DNA of 38,149 bases from assembly GCA_003990765.1 (NCBI GenBank), contig RBNJ01000168.1, positions 1 through 38,149 of the forward strand, written 5' to 3'. The DNA comes from Jimgerdemannia flammicorona. Taxonomy: Eukaryota. The notes beneath the pieces are model-generated. The model made no database searches. It was not told the origin of the DNA and was given only the letters and a program-made list of their open reading frames with translations. Positions 1 to 12,160 of this stretch are shown here, in pieces. Position 1 is the stretch's first letter. Each line of letters begins with the position of its first letter. Both the position numbers and the translations under genes were made by a program.

Positions 1-25
1 CCCTTCTCGACGAAAAACCACTTTA

Positions 26-3000
26 TCAACCACTATCACCACCCGCCCACCACTCTGCTCACAGATCCCTTCCACCAGATGGCAACATCGCCCACCTTGC
101 AGTCCCCACCCAACCCACCACCCTGTCAACAAATCTACCACCAACTCCTCTTATCTCAATAACTTCTCCTGTATCCCTATCTGTCGCCCCTCCTCAAAAA
201 CAAAGAGCCAATGTCCAGCCAACCCCACCCACACCACCACAACCCATCCTACAGTAAGCCACCTATTACCGACACCTCCCACAAGTCTAGATTCCAGATC
301 TTCCCAGCGACCTCTCTCCCCATCTGGTCTCCTTTCAACCCCAAGGCGGTCCCCTACAGCTATCCAAAAGTCACCCAGAACCTCACACTCCCCCAGCCAA
401 TGTTCTGGCATTTGTACAAAACCCCCAACTTACCGAACATTATAACACTCCTCACAATCCAGCTGACCCCCATCCACCAGATGTCCAGCACGGAAGTTCA
501 ACATAACATTCCTCCACAACATATGCCACAACACTATCCAGAACTTGGAAGGGAGCCACCGCCGGACCTCTGTACACCAAGACCAGATCCTTGCCCAATC
601 CCACTCTTCACCAATCCTCACCGCCTGCCAGCTACTTGGCCAAAGATCCTGTCCAATTCGCCGCTGACACTCTACTCCATCACCAATGTCAAACTCAGCT
701 AGTGGAACTCCCCCTAGAAGCAGACAGTCCCATCGCCACATAGCTGGACCCCATACCTCCTCCCCCTCATTTCCACGCCAGTGCAGGCCTATCCGGTGCG
801 CCCCCTCAACCACTCCCCACCAGAAGCCCTTATACCATAACCATCAGCTTCCATTCAGACCCACCAAAGAGAGTAGATCCCCTATGGACCCCCGGGGGGA
901 GACTCTCATCTCCTACACCTTCTTCATCAATGGCACCCAACCTCCACCCTGTAGATCAACAGCCCTTCTCAACCACCAAGCATGCAGGCAGTGTAGACAC
1001 TTAGGGAAATCCACAAGGTCCAGGCCTCCCCTAAGCACTGGCTCGATAAGAGTATCCCAACTGATCTGGGCCCTTCTACCAGCCCAAATCCACTTCCTAG
1101 CCAGTTTCATCAGCCTCTTCACCACCCAAGCGGGAAAGTCTAAGTGATATGCCACATACCATAGCTTGGGGAACCAGTATACATTCAGAATTGCCACCCT
1201 TCCTGCCAGGGAGATGTGACGACCCCCCCAGCCTTTTAGAGTCTCTCCCCAAATGGCCACCCTCCTCTCCCACCATATCCATGGTAGGACTGATCCATAT
1301 ACAGAGAGGAAGATACCTAGGTACCGCACCACCTCTCCTGTGGGGACAATTGTTCCAATGACATCCCCTCCCACTAGCCTATTCCCCAGCACCATTGTCT
1401 CACACTTATGCCAGTTGAGCTTTGCTCCAGAGTGTGCCTCATACCACTCCACTGTTGCCCGAAGAGCCTCTACATCTGCAATTGATCCAAGTCCAACTAC
1501 CATGTCATCTGCAAAGGCCCCCACCTTCTATTCCACGCCATATACAGAGAGCCTAGTCACCCTCTTACGGATCCTGTCCATCAAAGGTTCCAAGGAGAGA
1601 GCATAAAGAATAGGGGACAGCAGGTCCCCCTGAGGGACTCCTCTCCCCAAGGGGAACGCCAAACCTCTGTAACCATTACACATCAGCGCCGCTTGACTCC
1701 CTTCCAACAAACTCAACATAGAGGCTCGAAACTGTAGTGGAACGCCAATCCTGTCTAGTACCTTGCCCAACCAAACCTGCCGAACCTGGTTGTAGGCCTT
1801 CTCTTGATCCAAAAAGACCAGTCTCCCATCCAGTCCACAGGCCCGGGCTCCTTCAATAATGCCATGTACCCAGGCAGTTCCATCTCTTATAAGTCTACTA
1901 CCTACAAAGCCCCATTGCTCCTCCCCCAGCACCTGTTGAGCAACCTTCTGTAGCCTTGCAACAATCACCTTAGTCACCAACTTCCAATCCATATCCAGCA
2001 GCATGATTGGCCTCCAGTTCTTCCAATCTGCATGCTGGCCCTTATCTTTATACAATAGGGCAACCAGCCCTAAGTCCTGCTCACCAACCCACATACCATT
2101 CAGAAGAACATGGTCATAGAGGGCCACCATCTCACCCAGCATCCCTGGGACTTCCACCATCTTCTTCCAGAAGTCCCACGGTAGCCCATCTTCCCCTGGT
2201 GCTGTCCCAAGCTTAGTCGCTGCCAGAACACCTTGTATCTCCTCCTCTTGTACAGGTAAGGTCAAGTCACCCAGACCCTCTACCTGTGGTGGCTCCCACT
2301 CTTCCAGTGTGTCACCAATCGCCTCTGCATCAGCACCCCCTTCTTCCTCACTCCACAGACCCCGCCAATTCTCCTTCAGCACTCCCAGTATCTGCTGCGT
2401 GCCATGCACCAGCTCTCCCTCAGCATCCAAGATCCCATCCCACCTATGCCTCACCTGCCTGGCTTTGAGGAGCCTAGACAAGTACCTAGTAGGCTGCTCC
2501 CCCTCCTCAAGCCCCTGCCATCTAAGCCTGGCTGCCATACCTTGCATATGAATCTCCTCCTCCTCTCGCAACACCCGTTGCAGTTCTACAACCTCCAATT
2601 TCACCCTCACTAACCTCCAATCCTCCACCTCATCAGATGCAAGCAAATCTGCCCACTCCAACTGCAATCTCCTCAGCCTATTGGAGGCAGACTGTATTCG
2701 CCTCCTCCTCCTTCTTCCTGCCTCCCTACCAGCTCCTCCCCAATAAACCCTCGCAGCCTCCTTCAATCTCATCCAATGGACACCCACAGATAAACCCTCC
2801 TGCCTCCAAAATGGAATCTTTGTCTGTACTTCCTCCACCCATGAGTCCCACAACCCCTTCTTGGCCAGCAGGGAGGAGTTAAGATGCCAATGTCCGGGTC
2901 CATCTCCACTCCCCCCAAACCGCCCCTGCCCAATCAGTCCCCAGTGATCAGACCATGGGCACCACACCACCTCCAAAGTCTTCCAGACATCAGCACCCCA

Positions 3001-3616
3001 ACATTCAGCTGTCAGAATCCAGTCAATCCTTGTCCCTAAGCCATTCACCCAGTGCGTGTAGACTCTGGTGCCGCCCCACCATGTTCGGCCCATATCCCCT
3101 AAGGAGCTAAGGTTTTCCACCTCCTCCCATGCATCCAGGCCGCCACTCCTCCCACCAGCATTTCTTCCTCCATCAGTCCTATCCAACTGCAAATCTCGAA
3201 CCATGTTAAAATCACCACCAAGAACATCAACCCCATCCTCTAAGAGAATGTCCTCCTCCAGTAGTTCCTTGATCCATGCAATTCTCTCTCCCCTAGCCGC
3301 TGGGCAGTAGCATGAGCCCACCCTCACACTCTGGCCAGTGCCATTCACCCCAGACCAGTTGATCTCCTCAGTTCTTAATTCCTTCCAAATCTCCTCTACC
3401 CTTCTTCAACAGAATCACCACCTTTCCAAACCAAGCAGTAGCCCCACCCCATTCCTGAGTCCATTCCACCCGGTCATCCTCATCCTCATACCGTACATCC
3501 TGCAGTAGAAAGAGATCAGCCTCCAATCCCTTTAGCCAAGTAAAAATGTTCTTATGCCACCCAGATCCCCGAAGACCATTCACATTGAGAGAGAAAATGT
3601 TAGTTGTACTGTTCAT
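26..3616 (-). pseudogene. LINE ORF2 (apurinic endonuclease - reverse transcriptase - CCHC zinc finger), disrupted
   Basis: ATG at 3616 (MNSTTNIFSLNVNGL). Frameshift near 3350-3368. In-frame stops at 1528 (VYGVE*KVGAFADD), 913 and 430. ORF-track pieces 1528-3348, 913-1524, 430-813 and 151-411 share one frame. The 3' end is approximate. Confidence 0.92.
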
Positions 3617-3647
3617 GAGAAATATTGGTAAAGATAAAACCTCTTCT

Positions 3648-5691
3648 CTATAAATCTGCACTCAAGTCCACCTGTACCAAATCCAAGTCATGTCCTGCAG
3701 CCAGTATCTTCCTCCCAGTTCCCTGCACCTCCAAACTCTCAAGAAGTTCAACTATCACCCCATCCTCTTTCTCCTCAAAGTCCTCTCTATACTCCCTACA
3801 GGCCTCCTGCCAGAACTACAAACCATGGCATTCTGCCCAACAGTAGGCCGCCTGCTCACCCACAACAACCACCAGCTCCGCCTTCCTCACCTCATCCACC
3901 TCGTAACCCTCTTCCTCCAGCAGTATTGTAAGAATCTCCATCTGCAGTGCCTCCACCACTCCTGCACCTCGCGGAATCTGTGCCCAGTGCTCTTCTGGTA
4001 TAACCCTCAGATCCACTTCCCCCAACTCCTCAGCTGCAAGGTTATCCATCACCTTGCTCATCCACAGCAGATTCCCAATCTCCTTCCCTCCAGGGGTCTC
4101 TGGCCACCCTGCATCCAGCATCATAGTATCCACACCCACACTGACATCCTCATTCCACTCCTCTTCTGGGACATCCACCAGCTCATCCTCACCAACAGCC
4201 ACTACCTGGCCCCCTTTCGCCACATCTGGGACCCCAAAGGTAACCCGCTAGACCCCCTTCATTGATACATCTTCCGCTGCTCCTCTCTGCCCCACCGGGC
4301 CCCTCCTGATAAGTGGGGGGGGGGGTACTATCTGACTCCTCCTCCCAGACCTCAAAAGTACCATCTGCATAGGGATCCCTGCCCAGTATCTTCACAGCCC
4401 ATTCTTCGGTCACCACTGGCTCCTTACCACCTTCGCTAGCCCATACACTGGCTTTGATACCTCCAGACCCTTCAGCCCCATCAACCTTTCTCTTCTCCCC
4501 TCCAGTCATACTCGCCAAGAGCTCCCTCTGTCTCAAGTGCCCCTGAGCCCTCTCCCACTACCTCTTGTCAGTGCAGATACACTTCCCCTCCACAATCTCC
4601 AAGTGCGTCGACTCCTCATAAAGCTTCCAGGCCTTTGCCCACCACTCCACCACACCACTCATCTCCTCCAATGCCTCTAACAAATCCTCCTCCTCCTCCT
4701 CACTCTCCTTCACCCTCAACACTTTACAAATGAAGGCTCCCCACATCAACACTGAGGGCCAGTTGCCAGCCTTCTCTGTGGCCTCCCTCCCTGCCAGCTG
4801 AATTCTGACATCAACATCACCAGTCCTGATCATTGTCCCCTCCCATACCTGGAAGCCAATATCCACCACATCTCCATACTCCGCCATCACCTCCTCTACC
4901 CTCCTCCTCATCTCCTCCTTCATCGCTGTGGGCACCCCCTTCACCAGCAGCTGCACCACCCTGGGGTCCCACCTCAAACAGCATACCATGGGGACCACTA
5001 CCTTGCCAACTGCCACTCCTGCCCTCAGCACCTCTTCCAGTGGGCCTGCCTCCTCAAAGCCCACCTCAACTCCCTCCAGACCCCTCAGAAATTTCACCGA
5101 AGCTGCCCCAGCCACCTGCTTCAAGATAAGCCCCAAGACCATCTTTGCCATCACCCCTAAGCCTCGGAAGCACAGAGTCACCACAAACTCCGAGATTGAC
5201 TTCTTGAGTAACGGTGCCACCGCCAGTCCCATAACACCATCAGCCAGATCCCCCTTCTGTATCGGGACCCCCTGCCCCACCTGGCCATCAGCCGTTACAT
5301 CTCTTTTTTTTTGCTGATTCTCCATCATGCCCCCATCAGCAGTCACACCCCCAGCCACTGCTCCTCCAGCCCCTACTTCTGCACCTCCAGCCAGAGCACC
5401 ACCCCCCCTCCCTAGGCTCGCCTTGCCCTTCCCCTCAGCAGCACCAGCCCTACTACCAGCTGGCCACCCACTCTCCTTGACCTTGTCCGCGAAGCTTGGG
5501 AACCCAGACCTTCCCCCATTGTCACCAGCAGACCCTTGCCCTCCAGCCCTGCCTCCTCCTCCACCATGTCCTCCCACCAACAGGCCCCTCATGCTTCCCC
5601 CCAAGCCAGGTCCACTTCCTACATGCTGCCATCCAAACACTCCAGAGCCACCCTGCTCAGTACACACCTCAGGATTCTTGTCAGTAGCCAT
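3648..5691 (-). pseudogene. LINE ORF1 (Gly-rich N-terminus, RRM-like region, acidic/helical C-terminus), disrupted
   Basis: ATG at 5691. Tx1-type RRM-like segment VQLLVKGVP...EYGDVVDI...IRTGDVDVRIQL...WPSVL. In-frame stops at 4558 and 3816, a frameshift near the G10 run at 4316-4325, and a terminal TAG at 3648, 31 bp before the ORF2 ATG. Confidence 0.85.
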
Positions 5692-5770
5692 GATACTAGT
5701 AGCTTGTCTCCAGAAACTGCATCGAAAGTGTTGCCAAAAGATTGTGTAACCTGAATGTTACCAGAGAAAG

Positions 5771-7847
5771 GTGATCTCTCACCTCTCTTGTCAAGTCCAG
5801 ATAATGTTCAGCAGACACTGCCTTCTCTTCAGCCCTCTTAGTTTCCAGTCCTTCTAATAGCACCATCCTCCTTTTTCTCAAAGTCCTCATGATACTCTAG
5901 GCAGGCCTCCTGCCAGAGCTGCAAACCATGCCACTTCTCTCAGTAGTAGATGGCCCACTCACTAGCAACAACTGCCAGCTCAGGCTCCCTTTTCTTGTCA
6001 ACCTCATATCCTTCCTTCTCCAGGAAAACTATCAGTATCTCTGCTCTTAGTGTCTCCACCACTCCATTATCATGCAAGATCTCTGCTCAGTACTCATCAC
6101 TTATCTCTCTCAGGTCCACTTCTCCCAGTTCCTCTACTATAAGATTGCTCATCATCTGACACATCTACAGTAGATTTCCCACTTCTTTCCCCCCAGGGGT
6201 CACTGGTTGGCCTCTACTCAGTATGGAGATATCCTCCCCCATACTTATAGTCTCATTCCAACTCTTCTCTAAGACATCCAACAGTTCCTCCTTGCCAACT
6301 ACTACCACTTATCCACCTTTTGCTATCTCTGGAACCCCAAAGTGCACCTGCTGGGCCCCATATATGGGCACATCCTCTACTGCTCATCCCCTCACAGCTG
6401 GTCTCTGTCTGATAAGAGAGATAGATATGGGAGACTGCTCCCAGACTTAGAACATACTATTCTCATATGGGTTCTTACTCAGTACCTTCCTGGCCTCCTT
6501 CAGACCCCCCTCCACATTCTCCTCTAGCCCCCCAGCTCAGATGCTCACCAAATCTCCACCAGCATCTTCGCTTCCATTAGCAACCCTTGTCTTCTTCACC
6601 TCCAAGCTCACCAATAACTCTCTCTACCTTCTGTGACCTTGGGTCCTCTCCAACAGCCTCTTGTCAATATGGACTTGTCTTCCATCAACAATCTCTAAGT
6701 GTGTCAACTCTACATACACCTTCCATGCCTTTGCCCTATGCTCCACCATACTACTCTACTCCTCCAGTATCTCTAACAGATCTTCCTCCTCCTCCTCACT
6801 CCTCTTTATTCTTTACACCTTGCATATAAAGACTCTCCACATTATTGCTGAAGACCTATCATGTGTCTTGCCAGTAGCCTCTCTCTCCACCAATCAAATC
6901 TGGACATCAACATCTCCAGTCCAGAAGATGGTCCCTTCTCAGATGCTAAACTCTATATCAACTACCTCTTCATAATTAGCCATAACCTCCTCTACTCTCC
7001 TCCTTGTCTCCACAGCAGTCACTGTTGGCACTCCCTTCACCAGGAGCTGCACCATCCTGGGGTCTCATCACAAGCACCATGCTATTAGGATACACACCTT
7101 CTCAACTATCAACCCAGTCTTCAGTACCTCCTCCAGTGGCCCTGCCTCCTCAAAGCCCACCTCCATCCCTTCCAGACCCTTCAAGAACTTAATAGATACT
7201 GTGCCTTCCACCTGCTTTGCAATCAGCCCCAGAACCATTTTTGCCATCACTACCAAGCCTCTGAAGTACAGAGTGACTGCAAATTCTGAGATCATTTTTG
7301 AGTAATGGTGCTACTGCCAGTTCTGTTACACCATCAGCCAGGTCCCTAGGCCTTGTGCCCTTCTCACTACTTAATCTACTATCAACAGTTCTATCTGGAT
7401 TTTTTTCCAGATTGTCTGTCACACTCTTATCAGCCATCACCCCCTCAGCTACTACACCACCAGCCCCACTACTCTGGCCTCCCAGAGGAGCTCCCCCTCA
7501 GACCCCTGCTCTGTAGTCTTCATTATTACCTTTCTCCCCTCAGCCAACTCTCTAGCCCAGCTCCCTGCTGACCCCCCTTCACCTTCTCCATGAAGCTTGC
7601 CCTCTCTTTTCTCCGGCCTTCAGCACTACCCTCTCCCCTACCACATCCTCCTGCCATCAGGCCCCTCATACTTCCCCCCAAGCCAGGGCCCCTCCTTATA
7701 TATTGTTAGTTGAATGCACCAGGGCCACCATACCCAGTAGGCACCTCAGAATACTCATCAGTCACCATGATACTAGTATCTTTTCTCCAAAAACAGTATT
7801 GTAAGTATTGCCAAAAGTTGTATAACCTAAATGTTACTGGAGAAAGA
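5771..7847 (-). mobile_element. LINE copy 2: 5' UTR plus almost complete decayed ORF1, cut at the last ORF1 codons by copy 1
   Basis: Colinear with 3660-5770 (e.g. ggcctcctgccaga.ct.caaaccatg; EF.VTL.FRGL.VMAKMVLGLI.KQV). Shares the 5' UTR block ttgccaaaag...taacct.aatgttac..gagaaag. More stops than copy 1. Confidence 0.9.
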
Positions 7848-7865
7848 TATGTGTGACAGTATCTT

Positions 7866-8565
7866 CTCTTTCTTGAAGCCCACCTCCACTCCTTCCAGAT
7901 CCTTCAAAAATTCACCAAGGCTACTCTCTTCACCTTCTGAACTAGAAGTTCTAGAATCATCCTCACTATTATCACCAAGCTACAGAAATACAATGTGATA
8001 GTGAATTCTAATCTTGATTTCTTGAGTAATAATGCTACCACTAGGTCTATTATACCATCTGTTAGATCTCCAGACCTCATGCCCCCCCCTTGTTCAGATC
8101 TACTATCAATTATTATATGGATTTTTTTCCAGATTGGCAGTCTCCTTACCATCAGCAGTTCTGCTCCCCCCAGCCACTACTCCTCCAGCCCTACTGCCCT
8201 CACTGCTATGGACCACTCCCCTAGGCCTTGTAGTCCTTGCTGTCTCTTTGCCCTTTCTCAGCCAACTCTCCAATCTTATTGATGGCTGTCTCTCTATTAT
8301 CTTGTCAGCAAAGCTTATCCTCTCAGTCTCCTGTCTCTCTGTACTGCCTCCTTTCCTTCTATGTTCTCTAGCCAGCAAGTCTTGCATACTTCCCCCCAAG
8401 CTATAACTCTTCCCTACATACTACTAGTCAAATGCACTAGAACTACTCTACTCAGTATATATCTTAGAATACTCATTAGTTGCTATATTTCTAATACCTA
8501 TTCTCCAAAATCAAAGTTGTGAGTATTGCCAGAAGTTTGTATAATCTGAATATTACTGAAGAAAT
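7866..8565 (-). mobile_element. LINE copy 3: 5' UTR and ORF1 N-terminal part, most decayed
   Basis: Colinear with 5045-5770 (DL.DGI..L.VA.LLKKS..EFTITLYF). Third copy of the 5' UTR block at ~8485-8565. Confidence 0.85.
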
Positions 8566-8574
8566 ATGATTTAT

Positions 8575-8990
8575 CTCTGAAACATACTTTTCAAACTCCC
8601 AAACTTTGATCAACTAAATCTCCTTGTACTGTGCCATCTGTGCTATTATATTCTTCTAATATTGTATCCAAAGTCTCTTAGAGCTACTTCTCAGAAATAA
8701 GCTAGAGCTGTTTTGTCTTCTCTGAATAACTTATACACTCTTTTGGCAATAGTAATCTGAGTATAAGAGAGCTGACACTCTCTGATTCAATCTTCTTTTT
8801 TTATTTCTGACTTTGAGTTCAGTAGCTGTTCCAACTTGAAGTATTCCTGGAACTCAGTTCAGTTCTAGTAGATCTTGAAGTATGAAATTTATGACAAGTG
8901 TATCTATACTATACTCTAGATACTATCAAAGGATTCCTCTATAGTTGGTGGCTCAATGGAATACTACTGTCTTTCTATGGCTCATTATAT
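8575..8990 (-). pseudogene. Decayed accessory ORF downstream of element A integrase (unknown function)
   Basis: Manual translation gives FQEYFKLEQLL (8818-8852) and QITIAKRVYKLFREDKTALAYF*EVALRDFG (8668-8759). These resemble the ORF in the element B LTR. Boundaries are approximate. Confidence 0.6.
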
Positions 8991-11749
8991 ATTACTGGTA
9001 ATCTTGAGAGCTTTGGTATTACTTTGCTGGCTAGTTATGATATTTCTTAAGTTGGTTTCAATAAATGGTAGTGGGATGATTATGTCTGAGAGTTTTCATA
9101 GCCAAAAGGTAGTTCTTTTTATATTCTGCACCAGAAAAGATTCTTCCCACTTAGGCTCTAGTTTTCATAACCATGAAGCTTCTACCATATTCTAATATAC
9201 CTGGACTTTATCTTCTATCTTGATAATTTCCAAGAGCTTGTGAATCTTTTTCACATTATTCCATTGTAGTATCTGTATCTTAGTTATGTAATCCTCAGCC
9301 TTTTTCCTGATTTGGTATAGTCTCTATATCTCTATGTCCATATATTTTTATAAAGCATCTTCATTAAATAATAGAGTTCTTTGAGACTTTCTTCTCTAAA
9401 CAACATCTCCTGAGAGGTAAAATGGGTACTTTGTAATTAGATATCCCAGAGAGCAGATAATGCTATTGACAGATAGTGGTTCCAGTTTTCATAGTTATAA
9501 CAGATATTAGCAATGATATTCTTGAGAGTCTTATTTGTCCTTTCTGCTTATCTGTTTTCTTGAAAGTGATAGGCTGTAGTCTAATATATATACTGAATCT
9601 TATACTTCTTATAGAGAACCTCAAAGAACTGATTCATAAATTCTATTCCTCTGTCTGTAGTTACTTATATTGGGGTCTTGAACTAGCAAATGATTTCTTT
9701 GTAAAAGAAATCAGCAATTGACTGTGTATTGACTTCTTTGAGAAGTCCTGCCTCTATCTATTTTGTAAAAAGATTTATAATAACTATGATATATTAATTA
9801 CCAGTCAAAGTTAAGGGTAGAGTGCTGATTATATCTATTGCAATGTGTACAAAGGGTACTAGTTCTATGTATGCTGAGCCTGAGATCTGATTTTGTTGGT
9901 CCTGTTTCTGTTTCTGGTATGTATTTGTCATAGGTCTTGACAAATTATCTGATATTTTTCTCCATTCTGGATCACTTCATTGTTCTTTTTGCTTTTTTAT
10001 AAGTATTTGTTCCTCTTAGATAGCCAAGTTCATATACTGATTTCATTACTTACTCCTTCTTATATTTGGATATAACTAGTAGCTTTTCTTTCTTCAGTAT
10101 TTCTCTATCAGTTTTGAATTATTTCTATATTCTATTGATAATCATTTATGTTTATTCTTCTAGATATTGGGGCATCTTTCACTGTCTCAGATGGGTGATA
10201 ATTCCATAGTAAAGCTTTTTATTCTTTATTGATTTGTTGGTTGAGAATTCTTCAGAGTATTTGTGAGAGAGTATCTGTATTGGCATTAGTTCTTCCAGAG
10301 TAGTGCACAATGATTACATCATAGGCCTGCAACTTCATAATCTATCTAGTATAGATTCCTTTGAGTTGTCCAGTAGTCAGTAGCTAAGTGAGGGCTGAGT
10401 GCTCTGTTTGAATAGTGAAGTATCTTCTAACAAGATAGTAGTAGAATTTTTCTACAGCCCAGATGATGGTAAGACATTCTAACTTATAGGATTCATATTC
10501 TCTTTCAGCTCCTCAGATTCTTTAGCTAAGATATGTAATGATATACTCTACTTTGTCTTTCTTCTAGACCAGAACTGCTTCTATCCTTATGTACTTACAT
10601 CTGTCTACAAGATGAATTCTTGAATCCAATTGGATCTTCTGAAGATGAGTGCTTGAGTCAGTCTAATCTTGAGTTTATCAAATGCTTTTTGTTGCCTGCT
10701 GGTCCATTGGAACTTAATATTCTCCTTATTGAGTTCATAGATTAGTTCTGCAATATTGGAGAATCTTCTAATAAATCTGTGATAGTATGAGACAAGTCTT
10801 ATAAAAGCTTGGGCTTCAGTAATATTGGTGGGCTTTAGATATACTACTACTGCTTGAATCTTAAGAGAGTCTGTGTGTGTTCTATCTTAGCTGATGATAT
10901 GACCAAAGTAGGAGATCTTGATTTCTGCAAACTTGTACTTCTTAGGCTTGATATATAGGCCATGCTTCCTTAGCTTCTCTATTATCTGCTGAATATACTG
11001 CAGATATTCCTCTGGTGTTTTGCTATAGATAATTATATCATCCATATAAATTATTGTCTATCTTTCTATATCACAGTAAAAGATTTTATTCATCATTCAC
11101 TGGAAACTTACTAGTGTATTACAAATTCCAAATAGCATTCACAGATAGATATAGATTCCATCTGGAGTGATAAAAGCTGACTTCTTACTTACTGCTTCTG
11201 TGAGGATGATTTGATAAAATCCTGAGTATAAATCCAAGGTACTATAATACTATACTTCATCTCCCAGAGTTATAAATATATCACTGATAAGGGGCCATAA
11301 TTGGCAATCCTTCTTAGTAACCAGGTAGATCTTTCTATAATCAGTGCAGAGTCTTAGAGTAAATTCTCCTAGCTTATTTTCTTTCTTTGTAACTAGTATA
11401 ACTGATGAAGCCTAAGAACTACTAGTTTTTTTTAAAGATACCAGCTTCTTCCATCTGCTTGATTTCTTCTATAAGCTAATTGCAATAAACTAGTGGGATT
11501 GGCCTTACTTTTAGATAGATTGGTTCAGTATCTTCTGTATCTATATCATAATAGTAGTATTGTTTCTTTTCTTTGATATCCTTGAAATCTGTGGTCAGAA
11601 CATCCTTGAATTTATAGAATATCTTCTTGAGTTCTTTCTTGAGTGGAAATTCATTCCCAATAATATATATAGCTGTGCTTTCTTGTGCTTTCCTCCTTCT
11701 TGTAGTCCAATTTAGCAATTTTGATACTAGCAAATACTCCTCTTCCAGT

Positions 11750-12160
11750 GAATCCAAATTCTTTCCTTTCTCTCTCTATTTCCTTCAACTTTTTAACTTC
11801 TATGATTCTTAGCTATAGAACTGGGAAGATTAACATCTGCACTAGTTGGTCCTTTTTTTTGATTGGAAATAGAATCATAGAATTGTGATTTCTAGCAATA
11901 AGTAGTATTTCTTCAATATAATCTGAATTGATGACTCCTCCTTCAATAGTAATCTTACTCTTAGCTAAACTGCTTCTTGTCTTGAGGATTCTGACATAGT
12001 CTTTTAGAATAGTTATCTCCAGACCAGTTACAAGTAGGGCAGTTGTCTGGGGCTTGAGTATAGGTTCTTCTATTATAGTGATATCTATTTCAGCTGTATT
12101 TTCTAACTTGTATTCTAGTAAGACTATCAGAGTAGATTTTTCAAATCTTGAGCTTGATTT
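11750..12160 (-). pseudogene. dUTPase domain of element A pol
   Basis: TRSSLAKSKITIEGGVINSDYIEEI matches dUTPase motifs 2 and 3; colinear with the element B dUTPase. Confidence 0.85.

Larger units (their letters stand above)
1..5770 (-). mobile_element. L1/Tx1-like non-LTR retrotransposon (LINE copy 1): ~80-bp 5' UTR, ORF1, ORF2 (APE-RT-CCHC); 3' end at or beyond the left window edge
   Basis: Two-ORF layout on the minus strand. APE motifs SLNVNGL, LLQDV, GGDFN, RIDWIL, SDH; RT motifs APGEDGLP, NWRPI, LDQEKAYN, GVPQGDLLSP, FADD, YLGI; C-terminal CEEC...H..GEC. Confidence 0.95.

Noticed and set aside
3816..3850. YCWAECH as a zinc finger in ORF1
   Set aside because: Copy 2 reads YY*EKWH here; the Cys codons are plausibly CpG-decay products.
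211..8406. Many plus-strand Pro/Ser/His-rich ORFs
   Set aside because: Antisense shadows of the G-rich LINE coding strand; no recognisable motifs.
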